From positions 2,170,001 through 2,234,000 of the forward strand of contig AP024665.1 in NCBI GenBank assembly GCA_024346625.1: DNA of 64,000 nt. Direction: 5' to 3'. Within the stretch, counting starts at the first letter, position 1; each line of letters opens with the position of its first letter. The position numbers and the translations under genes are program-made. Below, piece after piece: positions 33,459 to 44,091 of the stretch. The notes under the pieces were generated by a model. It did not search any database. It was not told where the DNA came from and saw only the letters and a program-made list of their open reading frames with translations. Source of the stretch: Williopsis jadinii. Lineage: Eukaryota.

Positions 33459-35277
33459 ATGGCTTTCAAAGACTGCACCAAGGCTCTTGAAGAGTTGAAG
33501 GCTTACAAGGCCAAGGACGGGTTGTCCGTCAGCGAGTTGATGGACTCTCACGTTAGAGGAGGGTTGACATACAACGATTTCCTCGTTTTGCCAGGAAAGA
33601 TCGACTTCCCATCTTCTGCCGTCTCCTTGGAGTCCAAACTCACCAAGAACATCACGCTGAAGACCCCATTTGTCTCGTCTCCTATGGATACCGTCACTGA
33701 GGCTGACATGGCGATCCATATGGCGTTGCTCGGTGGTATTGGTATCATCCACCACAACTCGTCTGCTGAGGACCAGGCGGAGATGGTGAAGAGAGTCAAG
33801 AGATACGAGAACGGTTTCATCAACGAGCCGGTCGTGTTGTCTCCAGAGGCAACCATTGGCGAGGCAAAGGCCTTGAAGCAAGAGTTGGGATTTGCTGGTT
33901 TCCCAGTTACTGGTGAGTACTCTTCTTTGTATATTCTACAGATGAAGTAAACCGTGATGACTGTCTACTCAAAGAAGCAATGACATTCATATATGATGAT
34001 CCATTTTTTCAATTTATAACTTTCGTTCTACCGATTACGATCAAACGATCTTGGGGAGAAATACCTTCTCTGACTTGCTGTTCAATGTCATTGTCGCTTT
34101 GAGTCGCCTTCATCATTGTTCTTTTGTCCTTTGGACCAACGATACTAACTGATTGCAAATAGAGGATGGTAAGTTCCCAGGTAAGCTCATTGGTATCGTC
34201 ACCTCTCGTGATATCCAGTTTGTTGAAGACGTCACTGCTAAGGTCTCCGAGGTTATGACTACCGAATTGGTCACTGCCCACAAGGGTATCAACTTGACTG
34301 ATGCCAATGAAATCTTGAGAAAGTCCAAGAAGGGTAAACTCCCAATCGTTGATGACAACGGCACCTTGGTTTCTCTCTTGTCAAGAACTGACTTGCAGAA
34401 GAACTTGAACTATCCAAACGCTTCCAAGTCTGCCACCACCAAGCAATTGCTCTGTGGTGCTGCTATTGGTACTTTGGATGCTGACAGAGAACGTTTGGCC
34501 TTGCTTGTCCAGGCTGGTTTGGACGTTGTTGTCTTGGACTCATCCCAAGGTAACTCTGTCTTCCAGTTGAACATGATCAAGTGGATCAAGGAGACTTACC
34601 CACAATTGGATGTCATTGCAGGTAACGTTGTTACCCGTGAACAAGCTGCCTCTTTGATCGCTGCTGGTGCCGATGGTTTGAGAATCGGTATGGGTTCTGG
34701 TTCCATCTGTATCACTCAAGAGGTTATGGCTTGTGGTAGACCACAAGGTACTGCCGTGTACAACGTTACCCAATTCGCCAACCAATTCGGTGTTCCATGT
34801 ATCGCTGATGGTGGTGTCCAAAACATTGGTCACATCACCAAGGCCATCACCTTGGGTGCTTCCTGTGTCATGATGGGCTCCATGCTTGCTGGTACCACCG
34901 AATCCCCAGGTGACTACTTCTACCGTGACGGTAAGCGTCTCAAGACCTACAGAGGTATGGGTTCTATTGATGCTATGCAAAAGACCGATGTCAAGGGGAA
35001 TGCATCCACTTCTAGATACTTTTCTGAATCTGATGCTGTCTTTGTTGCTCAAGGTGTCTCTGGTTCCGTCGTTGACAAGGGTTCCATCAAGAAGTACATT
35101 CCATACTTGTACAACGGTTTGCAACACTCTTGTCAAGACATTGGTGTCAAGTCCGTCTTGGAGTTGAGAGAGAAGTCCGACTCCGGTGAAGTTAGATTCG
35201 AGTATAGAACTCCTTCTGCCCAATTGGAAGGTGGTGTCCACAACTTGCACTCTTATGAAAAGCGTTTGTTCAACTAA
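33459..35277 (+). CDS. IMD4: IMP dehydrogenase; 2 exons (33459-33912, 34163-35277), about 522 aa
   Basis: [21 protein letters not shown], catalytic [11 protein letters not shown] and LHSYEKRL. The 250-nt intron GTGAGT...TACTAAC...TAG joins FPVT-E-DGK. Confidence 0.96.
33990..34075 (+). ncRNA. SNR54: Box C/D snoRNA snR54 (18S rRNA Am974 guide) inside the IMD intron
   Basis: C box ATGATGA 33993-33999, guide TAACTTTCGTTCT (antisense to 18S AGAACGAAAGTTA), GATCAAACGATCTT and D box CTGA 34070-34073. Same host intron as S. cerevisiae IMD4. Confidence 0.9.
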
Positions 35278-35565
35278 GCTTAGGTTGTTGGAAAAGTCCC
35301 TTGTGTGTCATTGGAGATGTCCTCTTTAATGATGTACGATTTTTAATTTAATTGCATGCTGATTTCTATACGGATTCTAAAAGCAGTTGTAGATAGTTTG
35401 AGACTGTAGAAGCATGTGTCTCATCTCTCACATACACCGTGTGTTCTAGTTTTAAGCCACCTGATCCTGAGTAGACGACACATGCCTTCTTGAGGCTGGA
35501 AGTATCACTACATGGCGTACTTGAGAAATTACAGATATGTGAGCATTTTTTATTTAAGAGGAACC

Positions 35566-36336
35566 TTAAACAGTCTCCAAGATCTCATCCTTGAAACCAG
35601 AAGCAACCTTCTTACCCTTCTCCTCAGAAGAAGCCTCACCGTGGAGAGACAACAAAGCACCCAAGTCGAATTTTGGTTGTTTCAACAACTTGACCTTTCT
35701 GATGTGAACGTTTTGCAATGGGAAGATGTTCTTTGTAGTCTTCTCAATTTCACGGCCAATAACCTCTGGGATCAACTTGGAGGTGAGTTGAGCCAAGGTG
35801 GCGTTCTGAACCTCTCTGTTGATGATCTCGGTCATTTGCTTTCTGATGGCTCTGATGTGAGAAGATTGAGCGTAGGTGGTCTTCTTGATTTGGTTAGCTT
35901 GACGCTTGGTGAATGCAATAGCAAAGACTCTGACGATGTAATCGTCGGAGGTCTTAGCAGTGACGTTGCACTCAATCAAAGATTGCCACTTTCTAACCAT
36001 GGATCTGAGCTTGTCAGAGGTCATGTCCATACCGTGGAAGTTGGTGAGCAAGTTGTTACCTTGAACCTCGTCAACTCTCAACTTGATGTTTCTGAAGGAG
36101 TAGTCCTCAGAACCTTGCAAGTCAGCAAGAGAGACCTCGACAACACGGCCCTTCAAAGCATCGGCAGCGTTCTTCAAACCGGTGGACTTGTTGACCAAAG
36201 TCTTACCAACGTTTCTGTTCTCGAAAGTGGATGGGGCCTTGATGTCAAACCACTCCTTTCTTTGGAATGGGTCGATGACTTTCTTCTTCAAACCCTTCTT
36301 ACCTTTGGACAATCTTTTGTTCTTACCAACAGCCAT
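35566..36336 (-). CDS. RPS1: 40S ribosomal protein eS1 (S3a)
   Basis: [24 protein letters not shown]; strong codon bias. Confidence 0.98.
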   Translation of the reverse strand: MAVGKNKRLSKGKKGLKKKVIDPFQRKEWFDIKAPSTFENRNVGKTLVNKSTGLKNAADALKGRVVEVSLADLQGSEDYSFRNIKLRVDEVQGNNLLTNFHGMDMTSDKLRSMVRKWQSLIECNVTAKTSDDYIVRVFAIAFTKRQANQIKKTTYAQSSHIRAIRKQMTEIINREVQNATLAQLTSKLIPEVIGREIEKTTKNIFPLQNVHIRKVKLLKQPKFDLGALLSLHGEASSEEKGKKVASGFKDEILETV

Positions 36337-36768
36337 CTTTGCAAGTTTTGTTGTCTAGTGGTTATCCCCCTTTTCCTAACACTTCGAAGGTCATTGAGAG
36401 AGTGTGAAATTTTACAAGTTTCCCTTCCCAGCGTGTGCGACAGTGCCATCGCACACAGTGCGCGAGCAGTAATTTTCGGTAGGGACCCGCTCTGCAGAGT
36501 CCCTCCGTCCATTTTTTGCGTCTTTCCACCTGGACATCTCCAGATTCACATTGCCTGTGCGTGTGTCGCGGACCGTTCATAGAGCAGTCACAAAACTGGA
36601 CACCTGGACACCACCAGAATGGAGGGTTTCGGCCAAATGTCTCAAAGGGGAAGTAGTCCGGATTGGGTAAAAGATAAACACATGGTGATACTTGGGACGA
36701 TGTGTCTATGAGCCCTACTGTTGTGTACTCTCATCTATGGCGACCAGTTACATTGAGTATACGCCGTG

Positions 36769-37460
36769 ATGAATACTCCACCTCCAGTGCCACTTCACCA
36801 GCAGCAACTACGGAACTTGTAAGGATCTCTCGCTATGACAGACATTTATGTCCTATGTATTAACGCTTTTCGGCTATATAAAGGGTCTCTATCAAGATTG
36901 CATTCTTAGGAGATGAGAACGTTGGGAAGACGTCTCTGATGATGAAATATGTGAACAACACGTATGATCCAACGTACAAGAAGACACTGGGGGTCAACTT
37001 CATGGAGAAGAGCATCGAATTGGGAACCACAGACATAAGGGTGTCGATCTACGATGTAGGTGGGTCTCCAGAGTTTAGAAATATGTCAGCATTGGCGACG
37101 AAGGATGCCTTGGGCATCGTTTACGTGTTTGATCTCACTTCGGAAGATACATTGCGAGATATCAAAGAGTGGTTTAAGCTCGCCAACTCGTCCAACACAA
37201 GTGCGATCCCAATCTTGGTTGGTACAAAGTACGACAAACTCCTGGAGATGGATAAAGAGTATCAAGAGTTTATACACAGATTGGCTCTGAAATTTGCGAA
37301 AGCACTCAAGGCAAGTGTTGTGTTCACCTCTGCCAGTGATTCCATCAATGTGCAGAAAGTTGTCAAAATCTTAATATCGAAAGCGTTTGATCTACAAATT
37401 GGTATACAAGAGATCAAAAACGTTGGTGAGCCACTGCTGCTCCATCAGCCTATCTTATAA
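36769..37460 (+). CDS. TEM1: Mitotic-exit GTPase Tem1; 2 exons (36769-36818, 36884-37460), about 208 aa
   Basis: GDENVGKTSLMMKYV P-loop, TLGVNFMEK, GTKYD and SINVQKV. Intron is GTAAGG...TATTAAC...AAG. Lies between RPS1 and ORC1 as in S. cerevisiae. Confidence 0.88.
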
Positions 37461-37485
37461 GAATTGACCTATGACCGTTAATCAG

Positions 37486-39936
37486 TTACGTAGATGATTC
37501 GCCTATGATATCAGAAAAGGGCTTCAGGGATTTATCCCTTCTGAAAACGGACGTAATCTCGTCATCTGCAATGTCTAACTTCACCATTGTGTTTCGAATA
37601 GTATCATTCTTCTTCACCAAGATCACTCCACCTTCCACCAGTTCGTTTAGAACGTATTCAATTCCACGGGGCCTGATTATGAAATCCTTGTACAAGACCT
37701 CTGATACAGAGGCTTCCCCGTTTGTGATATCGTTCTTGTCCTTAAGTGTATGTATTGATAGGAGCTGTTTCATTTCATCAATCACTTCACCCAGTACGTT
37801 TTCAGCTAACCCACTCTTACGCTTCTTAGAAAGCAGTGCAACGAGAAAGAGTTTTCCCACAAGTGACATATCTGAGAGGTATACATGAATGGATGACGTT
37901 GTGGATTCCAATGCTGCTTTGTTTATATGAGCAGCTTGTACAATCACTGGGCCCTCATGATTCAAATCAGCATTCTCCTTTGCGATCTCAACTGCACGAT
38001 GACAGATCTTCAAGGCTCTTCTAGCATCACCAGAAACGGATGCAACTTTTCTAGCTGCAAATTCAACAGCGTCGTCTTTTATGATCACATTATCTGGAAG
38101 ATGATGGAATCTTGACTTTATAATCTCCACTAATTCTTCGTGCTTGTATGAAGGAAACTGAAATCTTTCAAGACCCAGTCTCGATATAGCCTTGTTTGTA
38201 AGGGCCCTTTCAGGTAAGTCCATAGTGTTAGCAACGGCAATAACAATCAACTTTGATTTGGAAAGAGTAGGCCAGTTGAAAAAGTTATACATCACGGCTT
38301 GTGATTTAATGGCTAATTGATCCAATTCGTCCATTAGCAAGACGAATGGCCTCTTTGCATTTCCAGATGCGAAGTGTTTCTCAAGTACACCAGCCAATCC
38401 TGATATTGGAACCTTTTTCTTATCGTCAATCTTGTTGTATAAAATCTCGTAGGCAGACTGCGGTGTAAGAAGCTTCATCCCGTTAATCTCAACATAATCG
38501 AACTTGTTCAACTCACCATCCTCCGACATTTTGTGTAGCTCCTTAATAGTTGCACGCACAGTGGCTGTCTTTCCAGTTCCAGGGACACCACTGATGTAGA
38601 CACAAGCACCGCTTTCTGTCTGAATAGCACCTTCGAGGGTTAAAAATAGGTCTGTGAATTGCTGCTCACGGCACGGCAGCTCGGCCATTGATTCAATCGC
38701 GCTCTGGGTAAGTTCATTCTTATCAACTTTCTTTATGGCCAGTGTTTTAGGGCCGAGCAGGTACGGGTTCTTGTAGTAATCTCTCTTGCCATCTTTCTTT
38801 ATGGGACTATATTCCTCTTGGCTCTTTCTCGGGCGTCCTCTTCCTCGTTTGACTGGTGTTTTGCCTTTTCTATACTTGCCATCATCTTCTTCTTCCTCAT
38901 CGTCTTCGTCTTCTTCATTATCTTCTTCCTCATCGTCGCCAGTATTTACTTTAACTTCCTTTCTAGGCCTACCTCTTGGACGACCTGTTGAAATATAACC
39001 AGTGGTTCTCGTCCCTGGACCGCTTTTCCTTGGCCTGCCTCTTGGACGGCCTGTAGGAATATACGATGGCCTGAAATCAGCATCATCTGCAGATGGGCTT
39101 CCGCCTTCATCTGATTCATCGGTCATTTCTTCACTCTCTTCATATACTGCTTCTGATCCATCTTGTGAATCATCCTCTCCACTTTCATTTATTGGAACCT
39201 CTTCAAGTTTAATCCGTTTGCTCTTTAAACGCCATTTATCGCTTGACCCGTTCTTTCGTATCTTTCCCTTTGGGTCTTGGGCAGTTTGAACTTCAGAATC
39301 CGGCTCAGGTGTGAGTGAAAGGTTCGTGGGACCACAACGACGCTTCGTTGCTGAGCTCAATGTCTTAACGATAATACTCTTGATCAACTCGAATCCCTTA
39401 TCGTGATCTTCAGCTAAACCCTGGCAGGCCCGGTCGATATCAAAACACTCGCTGAACCAGCCATAGTAGTGGTCGTAGCCTCTTCTGCAAATGAACGTTC
39501 TATCCCTGTTGGAGTCATCGATGACGATCTTTGCAAAGTTGGCCTCGTTCAACACCGTCGCATTCTCGATGATGTCCTCGCAGCGGATGCTGTACAGAGT
39601 AGCTGTCAGGAACAGCTCCTGGCTTTGCACCTCAAATGAAGGCTCCTCAACCTCATCCGGCGTGAGAAATCCCAACGCAATCACCTCAATATAACCTTCA
39701 ATACCAAAGTCAACAGACCTTACCAGCATAACAGAACGCTCGCCATCGGCGGGATCATTAACAACAAGCGATTGACCGGGCCTCACCTCCAGGCCATCGG
39801 CCTCTCGCCTCAGAAACATCCGATCTTCAGACACTCCACGACGCCGACGACCACGTTTTCCTGACACCCGTGCCGTACCTTCTGATTCATCAAAGTGAAA
39901 CGACCATCCCTTGAACTTCGACTGCGTTGATGCCAT
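37486..39936 (-). CDS. ORC1: Origin recognition complex subunit 1 (BAH + AAA+), pre-duplication ORC1/SIR3 ancestor type
   Basis: N-terminal BAH-like region, LPCREQQF, ISGVPGTGKT Walker A, MDELD, ANTMDLPER and SGDARRAL. Confidence 0.95.
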   Translation of the reverse strand: MASTQSKFKGWSFHFDESEGTARVSGKRGRRRRGVSEDRMFLRREADGLEVRPGQSLVVNDPADGERSVMLVRSVDFGIEGYIEVIALGFLTPDEVEEPSFEVQSQELFLTATLYSIRCEDIIENATVLNEANFAKIVIDDSNRDRTFICRRGYDHYYGWFSECFDIDRACQGLAEDHDKGFELIKSIIVKTLSSATKRRCGPTNLSLTPEPDSEVQTAQDPKGKIRKNGSSDKWRLKSKRIKLEEVPINESGEDDSQDGSEAVYEESEEMTDESDEGGSPSADDADFRPSYIPTGRPRGRPRKSGPGTRTTGYISTGRPRGRPRKEVKVNTGDDEEEDNEEDEDDEEEEDDGKYRKGKTPVKRGRGRPRKSQEEYSPIKKDGKRDYYKNPYLLGPKTLAIKKVDKNELTQSAIESMAELPCREQQFTDLFLTLEGAIQTESGACVYISGVPGTGKTATVRATIKELHKMSEDGELNKFDYVEINGMKLLTPQSAYEILYNKIDDKKKVPISGLAGVLEKHFASGNAKRPFVLLMDELDQLAIKSQAVMYNFFNWPTLSKSKLIVIAVANTMDLPERALTNKAISRLGLERFQFPSYKHEELVEIIKSRFHHLPDNVIIKDDAVEFAARKVASVSGDARRALKICHRAVEIAKENADLNHEGPVIVQAAHINKAALESTTSSIHVYLSDMSLVGKLFLVALLSKKRKSGLAENVLGEVIDEMKQLLSIHTLKDKNDITNGEASVSEVLYKDFIIRPRGIEYVLNELVEGGVILVKKNDTIRNTMVKLDIADDEITSVFRRDKSLKPFSDIIGESST

Positions 39937-40213
39937 CGCTATCACCCCGCTACGCTATCCTTGTAGTGGTGGTGTATCAAACAATGTTGTTCTTTGCTGA
40001 TATAAGCAGAGGCCCGTTTTCGCTGTTGATCTTCTCGGCCTGAGCCGCGGCGCGCGCGCGCGTTGGTGAGCTTTGTTTACTTTTTTTGTACCGCTCACCT
40101 TTTCGCTTTTGTGGTTGTGTAGGTGTGACCCGCCAAGCTGAGAAAACATCAACAACACACAGCCATTGCCGGGCAGGTTGGTCTACTATTCGTTTGCCAA
40201 AGAACAGAGACAA

Positions 40214-43200
40214 ATGAGCCACCATAACCAGGCTCCGTATCCACCGGATGGATTGCAATGGGACCCTGTGGAGTCGCTGGAAGAGCTGAACAAGCTGCGT
40301 CAGACGTATATTCGTGATAATCCCCACCGTAAGGAGCCGCCCTTGCCTGAAAGGCCACCACAGTACATAGTGGACCAGCACATTCCACCGTCTGCTCAGC
40401 AGCGGCAACAGCAGCAGCAACAGCAGCAGCCCGGGTCACCTCACTCTGTGCGGTCAAGTCGGTCTCAGAGTCGGTTGCACGGGCCTAGAGAGCTGCCGCC
40501 CAGGATGCTATCGAGTCCAGTGGTGTCATCGCCATACAGCTACGACGCCACGCTGGCTGGTGGGAGGAACTCTGCTGACTACGTTGATCAGGTGCAGTCT
40601 TCGCCAGTGTCACCGTACCCACAGGGAGACTATTTTACGAAATTCACCTCGTCTCCCTTCACGACGCCAACCAAGGTCAATGGGCCGAGACCTCACCCGG
40701 GCTCATCGACATCGCTGAGCGCTGCATCGTCGCCCATGTACCAACCTCCTTCGACCCACACTTCTCCAACGAAGCATCCTCTTTCGTTGAGCGTCAATCA
40801 GCAGCCAATTCCTGATCCGAACTACATGGACTCGCCGATCAGAGCGTTACCAGATATTCCAGTTCTAACGCCAGAGGTACAACAAAGCTATGATGCAACG
40901 CCCATCGAAAAGAGGGCTTCGATATCTATCGACTCTCCAAGTCTGGGTCGCAACTCGATCCAGGGCCCAAGGTTGATGCCGAACAACGGCTCAACTAGAA
41001 GCAGAAGAAGTTCTCCTTCTACGTCACCAGCTAGAAATGGATACTACGACCATAGGACGAGTTGGAAATCTGAATACTCTGTTAACGTTATGGATGACGA
41101 AGATGACCCGAACGCTTTATTGATGGAAGAGATAGATATACCACTCATCAATGTGGAACATGATATGAGACAGCCAATTATTGAGCGTCCTAGTCAAATG
41201 GAACTCAACTTAGAGGCCATTGACCTTCCAGAGATCACAATTTCACCACACAGTACCTTAAGAAAAGAGGTGTCAAAGGACTTGCCCGAAGTTCCTGCAA
41301 CATTGACCCTTCCGTCACTGCCATTCTCATCAAGATCTCTAACAGTAATCCAGTTCTCTCAATGTGACAGCATTTATCTGTTATCAGACGTGTTCCGTTG
41401 GTCAGTGAAACTATCGCAAGAATGGTCTGACGGGTTACTCGTTTCAAAGGATGAATACATGAAGGCTCTGAAATTCCTCTTCAAGCACAGTGCACCAAGG
41501 ATGAATAACTATGTGATGGACAATAATATAGAGGCAATAATGGCCTCATTTGAAAAGCAAAATGCAATCTATGTGAACCCTCAAGGCATCATCCACTTTT
41601 TTGATAATGTGAAAGTTGCTGGGGTTTTCCCTCAACTCACAGGTTGTTACTCGAAGAGTCATGGAACCATGGACAATAAGTATCAGTGCTACTCATCAAG
41701 GTGTTCACTCACCATTTATCAGCCCCCGATCCCGATTATAAGTTCCGACACCTATTCCAATAAAAGATTGGGAGAATGGGCTACACATTGGAATCTAACG
41801 AAAAACGACATTGATGACTTAGATGAGGATGAGGTCAAAAAGCAAAGTCACATTTTTGAACTCATTAGACAACAGCAAAACATCATCAGATTGGGTGAAA
41901 TTCAAGTTAAAGAATATGGTCAATCATTCAAGACCGCAAATCCTCAGCTGCTCCCTGATGTGTCCAAGTTTTACAATGACGCATTCAACTCTGTTAAGCC
42001 TCTTATCGAGCTTCACAGAAAGCACTTGTTCGAACCTTTACTTGCAAAGTTGAATACGCAAGGCAAATACATCTCAGATGTAGGTGGCATCTTCTTGGAA
42101 TGGGCTTCTAGAGCCACCGTTCCTTATCTGAAGTACACTGAATCATTGGCATCTGTGAGAGAGCTGATCAAGTACGAGAAGAGTCGCCATTCAATATTTG
42201 CTGAGTGGTTGTACAAAATTGATGAGCACCCGCAAGTCGTTGCAGCTTCCTTAGATCACAACAGAATCTTCTTTAGTGGATTTATTGGTCACACACAATT
42301 GTTATCGTTAGCTTTGATGAGCGTTCGGAAAAAGACTCGAACTTCAGATGTCGACTATACCGTTCTTGGTAAAGCCATAGATGAAGTTGATAAACTCAAT
42401 CGGAAGATTGATGAAATGCAGGAATATGCTTTACAAAGTCGTCACTTGAGAGTTCTTGCTAGCCAGCTGGTATGGAAGAGCAATGTATTAGAGAGGGACC
42501 TCAAGCTCAGAGAATCGATGAGACGTTTGATTAAAAGAGGGGAGGTGACCAGAAAGGACAAATGGACCAGCTCCTTGAATTATCTGATACTTCTGGACAA
42601 TTATCTATTGATCACTGAGGAGCAAAAAGATGGGCATTACAAAATATGCGAGAAACCAATACCTGTCGAGTTTCTACAAGTTGAGTCAAAGGATTTTTCA
42701 AATGCAGAGATATCTTCCAATGAAAATGAGAGTTTCCCTTTCAAAATCCGCTATACTGGTCAACACTTATCCTTCACATTCTGTACCGAGACCATGGCAG
42801 GGCGTGATGCCTGGTTTGCAGCCTATAATCAGGTCAAATCGAAGAAATCAAAGGCTTCTGACTTTGAACCTTTCAAAATATCTGTGCTATCGGATCAATT
42901 TGCATATGAAGATGGAACACAACCTCAAAAACTTCCGGTATGTGTATCCGGCTCAAACATTGACCGCATGTTGGCTGACTATCAAAAGTCCATCGCAATG
43001 GAATTCGATGATTCATCTATTTCAAGACCGATCATGGTTAGCGGAGTGCTTTCTGGGACTAGTTTCACATTTGAGGGTAAGAGCTACCATGCTCTTGGTC
43101 TCAATTTTGGATTGTTCATAACAGAAGCTGGAACAAGAAGAGGGTGGAGACGGGTTTTGGATGTGGCCAATGTTACACAGATTGAGAAGCTCGATACGCT

Positions 43201-44038
43201 TCTTGTGGTGCTTTCCGATAAAGGGCTTTTCTACTTCAATTTGGTTTCTCTGTTGCTGAATTATTATGGTACAAATATTGATGGTAAAACTGTTGGAGAA
43301 CGTTTATCCAAACGAGATGTGGAATTCTTCAAAATTGGTTCATATTACAACACCAAATTACTATTTCTCATGAAGAAACCTATCCAAAGTTTGAGTGGTC
43401 CAAGATTCAAGGTATTTACTCCAATCTTCGACAGCTTTGGTAGCTTCCAATATTTCCAGCTCTACAGACGTTTTCAGCACTCATCAGAGTGCTATGATTT
43501 ATCAATTTTCAACTCAATGTTTGTTCTTCATGCTGTTAAGGGGTTTGAGATCTTGTCATTCCAAGTGATGTACGAATCTCAACACATTCCAAAGTTCCTT
43601 GCAAATATGAAGAAACCGAAAAGCGAACTAGAAATGATCAAAAAGACCTTGAAATCAGGCTCGTCCAAACCTTTACTGATGTCAAAGGTTTTACACAAAT
43701 CTCAATTTTATCTTGTCTATGACTCTTTTGCTATTGTCATTGATACAATTGGACAGCTGATCAACGACAGTTTCATTTTCCCTTTCAAGTTCAAGTGTAA
43801 ATCTGCTACTCTGCAGGACAATTTTCTAATTTGCATCGGAGAAGACATTGTTGAAGTCTTTGACCTGAGCTATGACGATGTGGTGGGGTTCCAAAAACTT
43901 GACCCTGTACAGATTATCAATGGTAAAGATATTCACCTTATCGACCCTATCAATGCCAAACTTGTCATGGCTCACCCACAATATATAGGAAGACAATTGA
44001 TTGTAAGCCTGGAGAAACTACAAGACGAAGTTACATAA
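40214..44038 (+). CDS. TUS1: Rho1 guanine nucleotide exchange factor (DH-PH-CNH)
   Basis: Pro/Ser-rich N-terminus, LTGCYS...QCYSSRC, DH start EVKKQSHIFELI, PH YLILLDNYLLITE and a C-terminal CNH domain. Confidence 0.85.
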   Translation: MSHHNQAPYPPDGLQWDPVESLEELNKLRQTYIRDNPHRKEPPLPERPPQYIVDQHIPPSAQQRQQQQQQQQPGSPHSVRSSRSQSRLHGPRELPPRMLSSPVVSSPYSYDATLAGGRNSADYVDQVQSSPVSPYPQGDYFTKFTSSPFTTPTKVNGPRPHPGSSTSLSAASSPMYQPPSTHTSPTKHPLSLSVNQQPIPDPNYMDSPIRALPDIPVLTPEVQQSYDATPIEKRASISIDSPSLGRNSIQGPRLMPNNGSTRSRRSSPSTSPARNGYYDHRTSWKSEYSVNVMDDEDDPNALLMEEIDIPLINVEHDMRQPIIERPSQMELNLEAIDLPEITISPHSTLRKEVSKDLPEVPATLTLPSLPFSSRSLTVIQFSQCDSIYLLSDVFRWSVKLSQEWSDGLLVSKDEYMKALKFLFKHSAPRMNNYVMDNNIEAIMASFEKQNAIYVNPQGIIHFFDNVKVAGVFPQLTGCYSKSHGTMDNKYQCYSSRCSLTIYQPPIPIISSDTYSNKRLGEWATHWNLTKNDIDDLDEDEVKKQSHIFELIRQQQNIIRLGEIQVKEYGQSFKTANPQLLPDVSKFYNDAFNSVKPLIELHRKHLFEPLLAKLNTQGKYISDVGGIFLEWASRATVPYLKYTESLASVRELIKYEKSRHSIFAEWLYKIDEHPQVVAASLDHNRIFFSGFIGHTQLLSLALMSVRKKTRTSDVDYTVLGKAIDEVDKLNRKIDEMQEYALQSRHLRVLASQLVWKSNVLERDLKLRESMRRLIKRGEVTRKDKWTSSLNYLILLDNYLLITEEQKDGHYKICEKPIPVEFLQVESKDFSNAEISSNENESFPFKIRYTGQHLSFTFCTETMAGRDAWFAAYNQVKSKKSKASDFEPFKISVLSDQFAYEDGTQPQKLPVCVSGSNIDRMLADYQKSIAMEFDDSSISRPIMVSGVLSGTSFTFEGKSYHALGLNFGLFITEAGTRRGWRRVLDVANVTQIEKLDTLLVVLSDKGLFYFNLVSLLLNYYGTNIDGKTVGERLSKRDVEFFKIGSYYNTKLLFLMKKPIQSLSGPRFKVFTPIFDSFGSFQYFQLYRRFQHSSECYDLSIFNSMFVLHAVKGFEILSFQVMYESQHIPKFLANMKKPKSELEMIKKTLKSGSSKPLLMSKVLHKSQFYLVYDSFAIVIDTIGQLINDSFIFPFKFKCKSATLQDNFLICIGEDIVEVFDLSYDDVVGFQKLDPVQIINGKDIHLIDPINAKLVMAHPQYIGRQLIVSLEKLQDEVT

Positions 44039-44091
44039 TTATGACATTTAATACATCATGATCTATATATAATGGACTAAAATGCACCAGT

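Noticed and set aside
34447..34473. Mycophenolate-resistant IMPDH allele
   Set aside because: The motif reads LLCGAAIGT (Ala), the sensitive-type residue rather than the Ser/Thr of resistant enzymes.
33345..35250. Minus-strand ORFs of 178 and 236 aa
   Set aside because: Antisense to the IMD exons, with no family motifs.
35512..36582. 356-aa plus-strand ORF
   Set aside because: Antisense shadow of RPS1; strong codon bias removes stops on the opposite strand.
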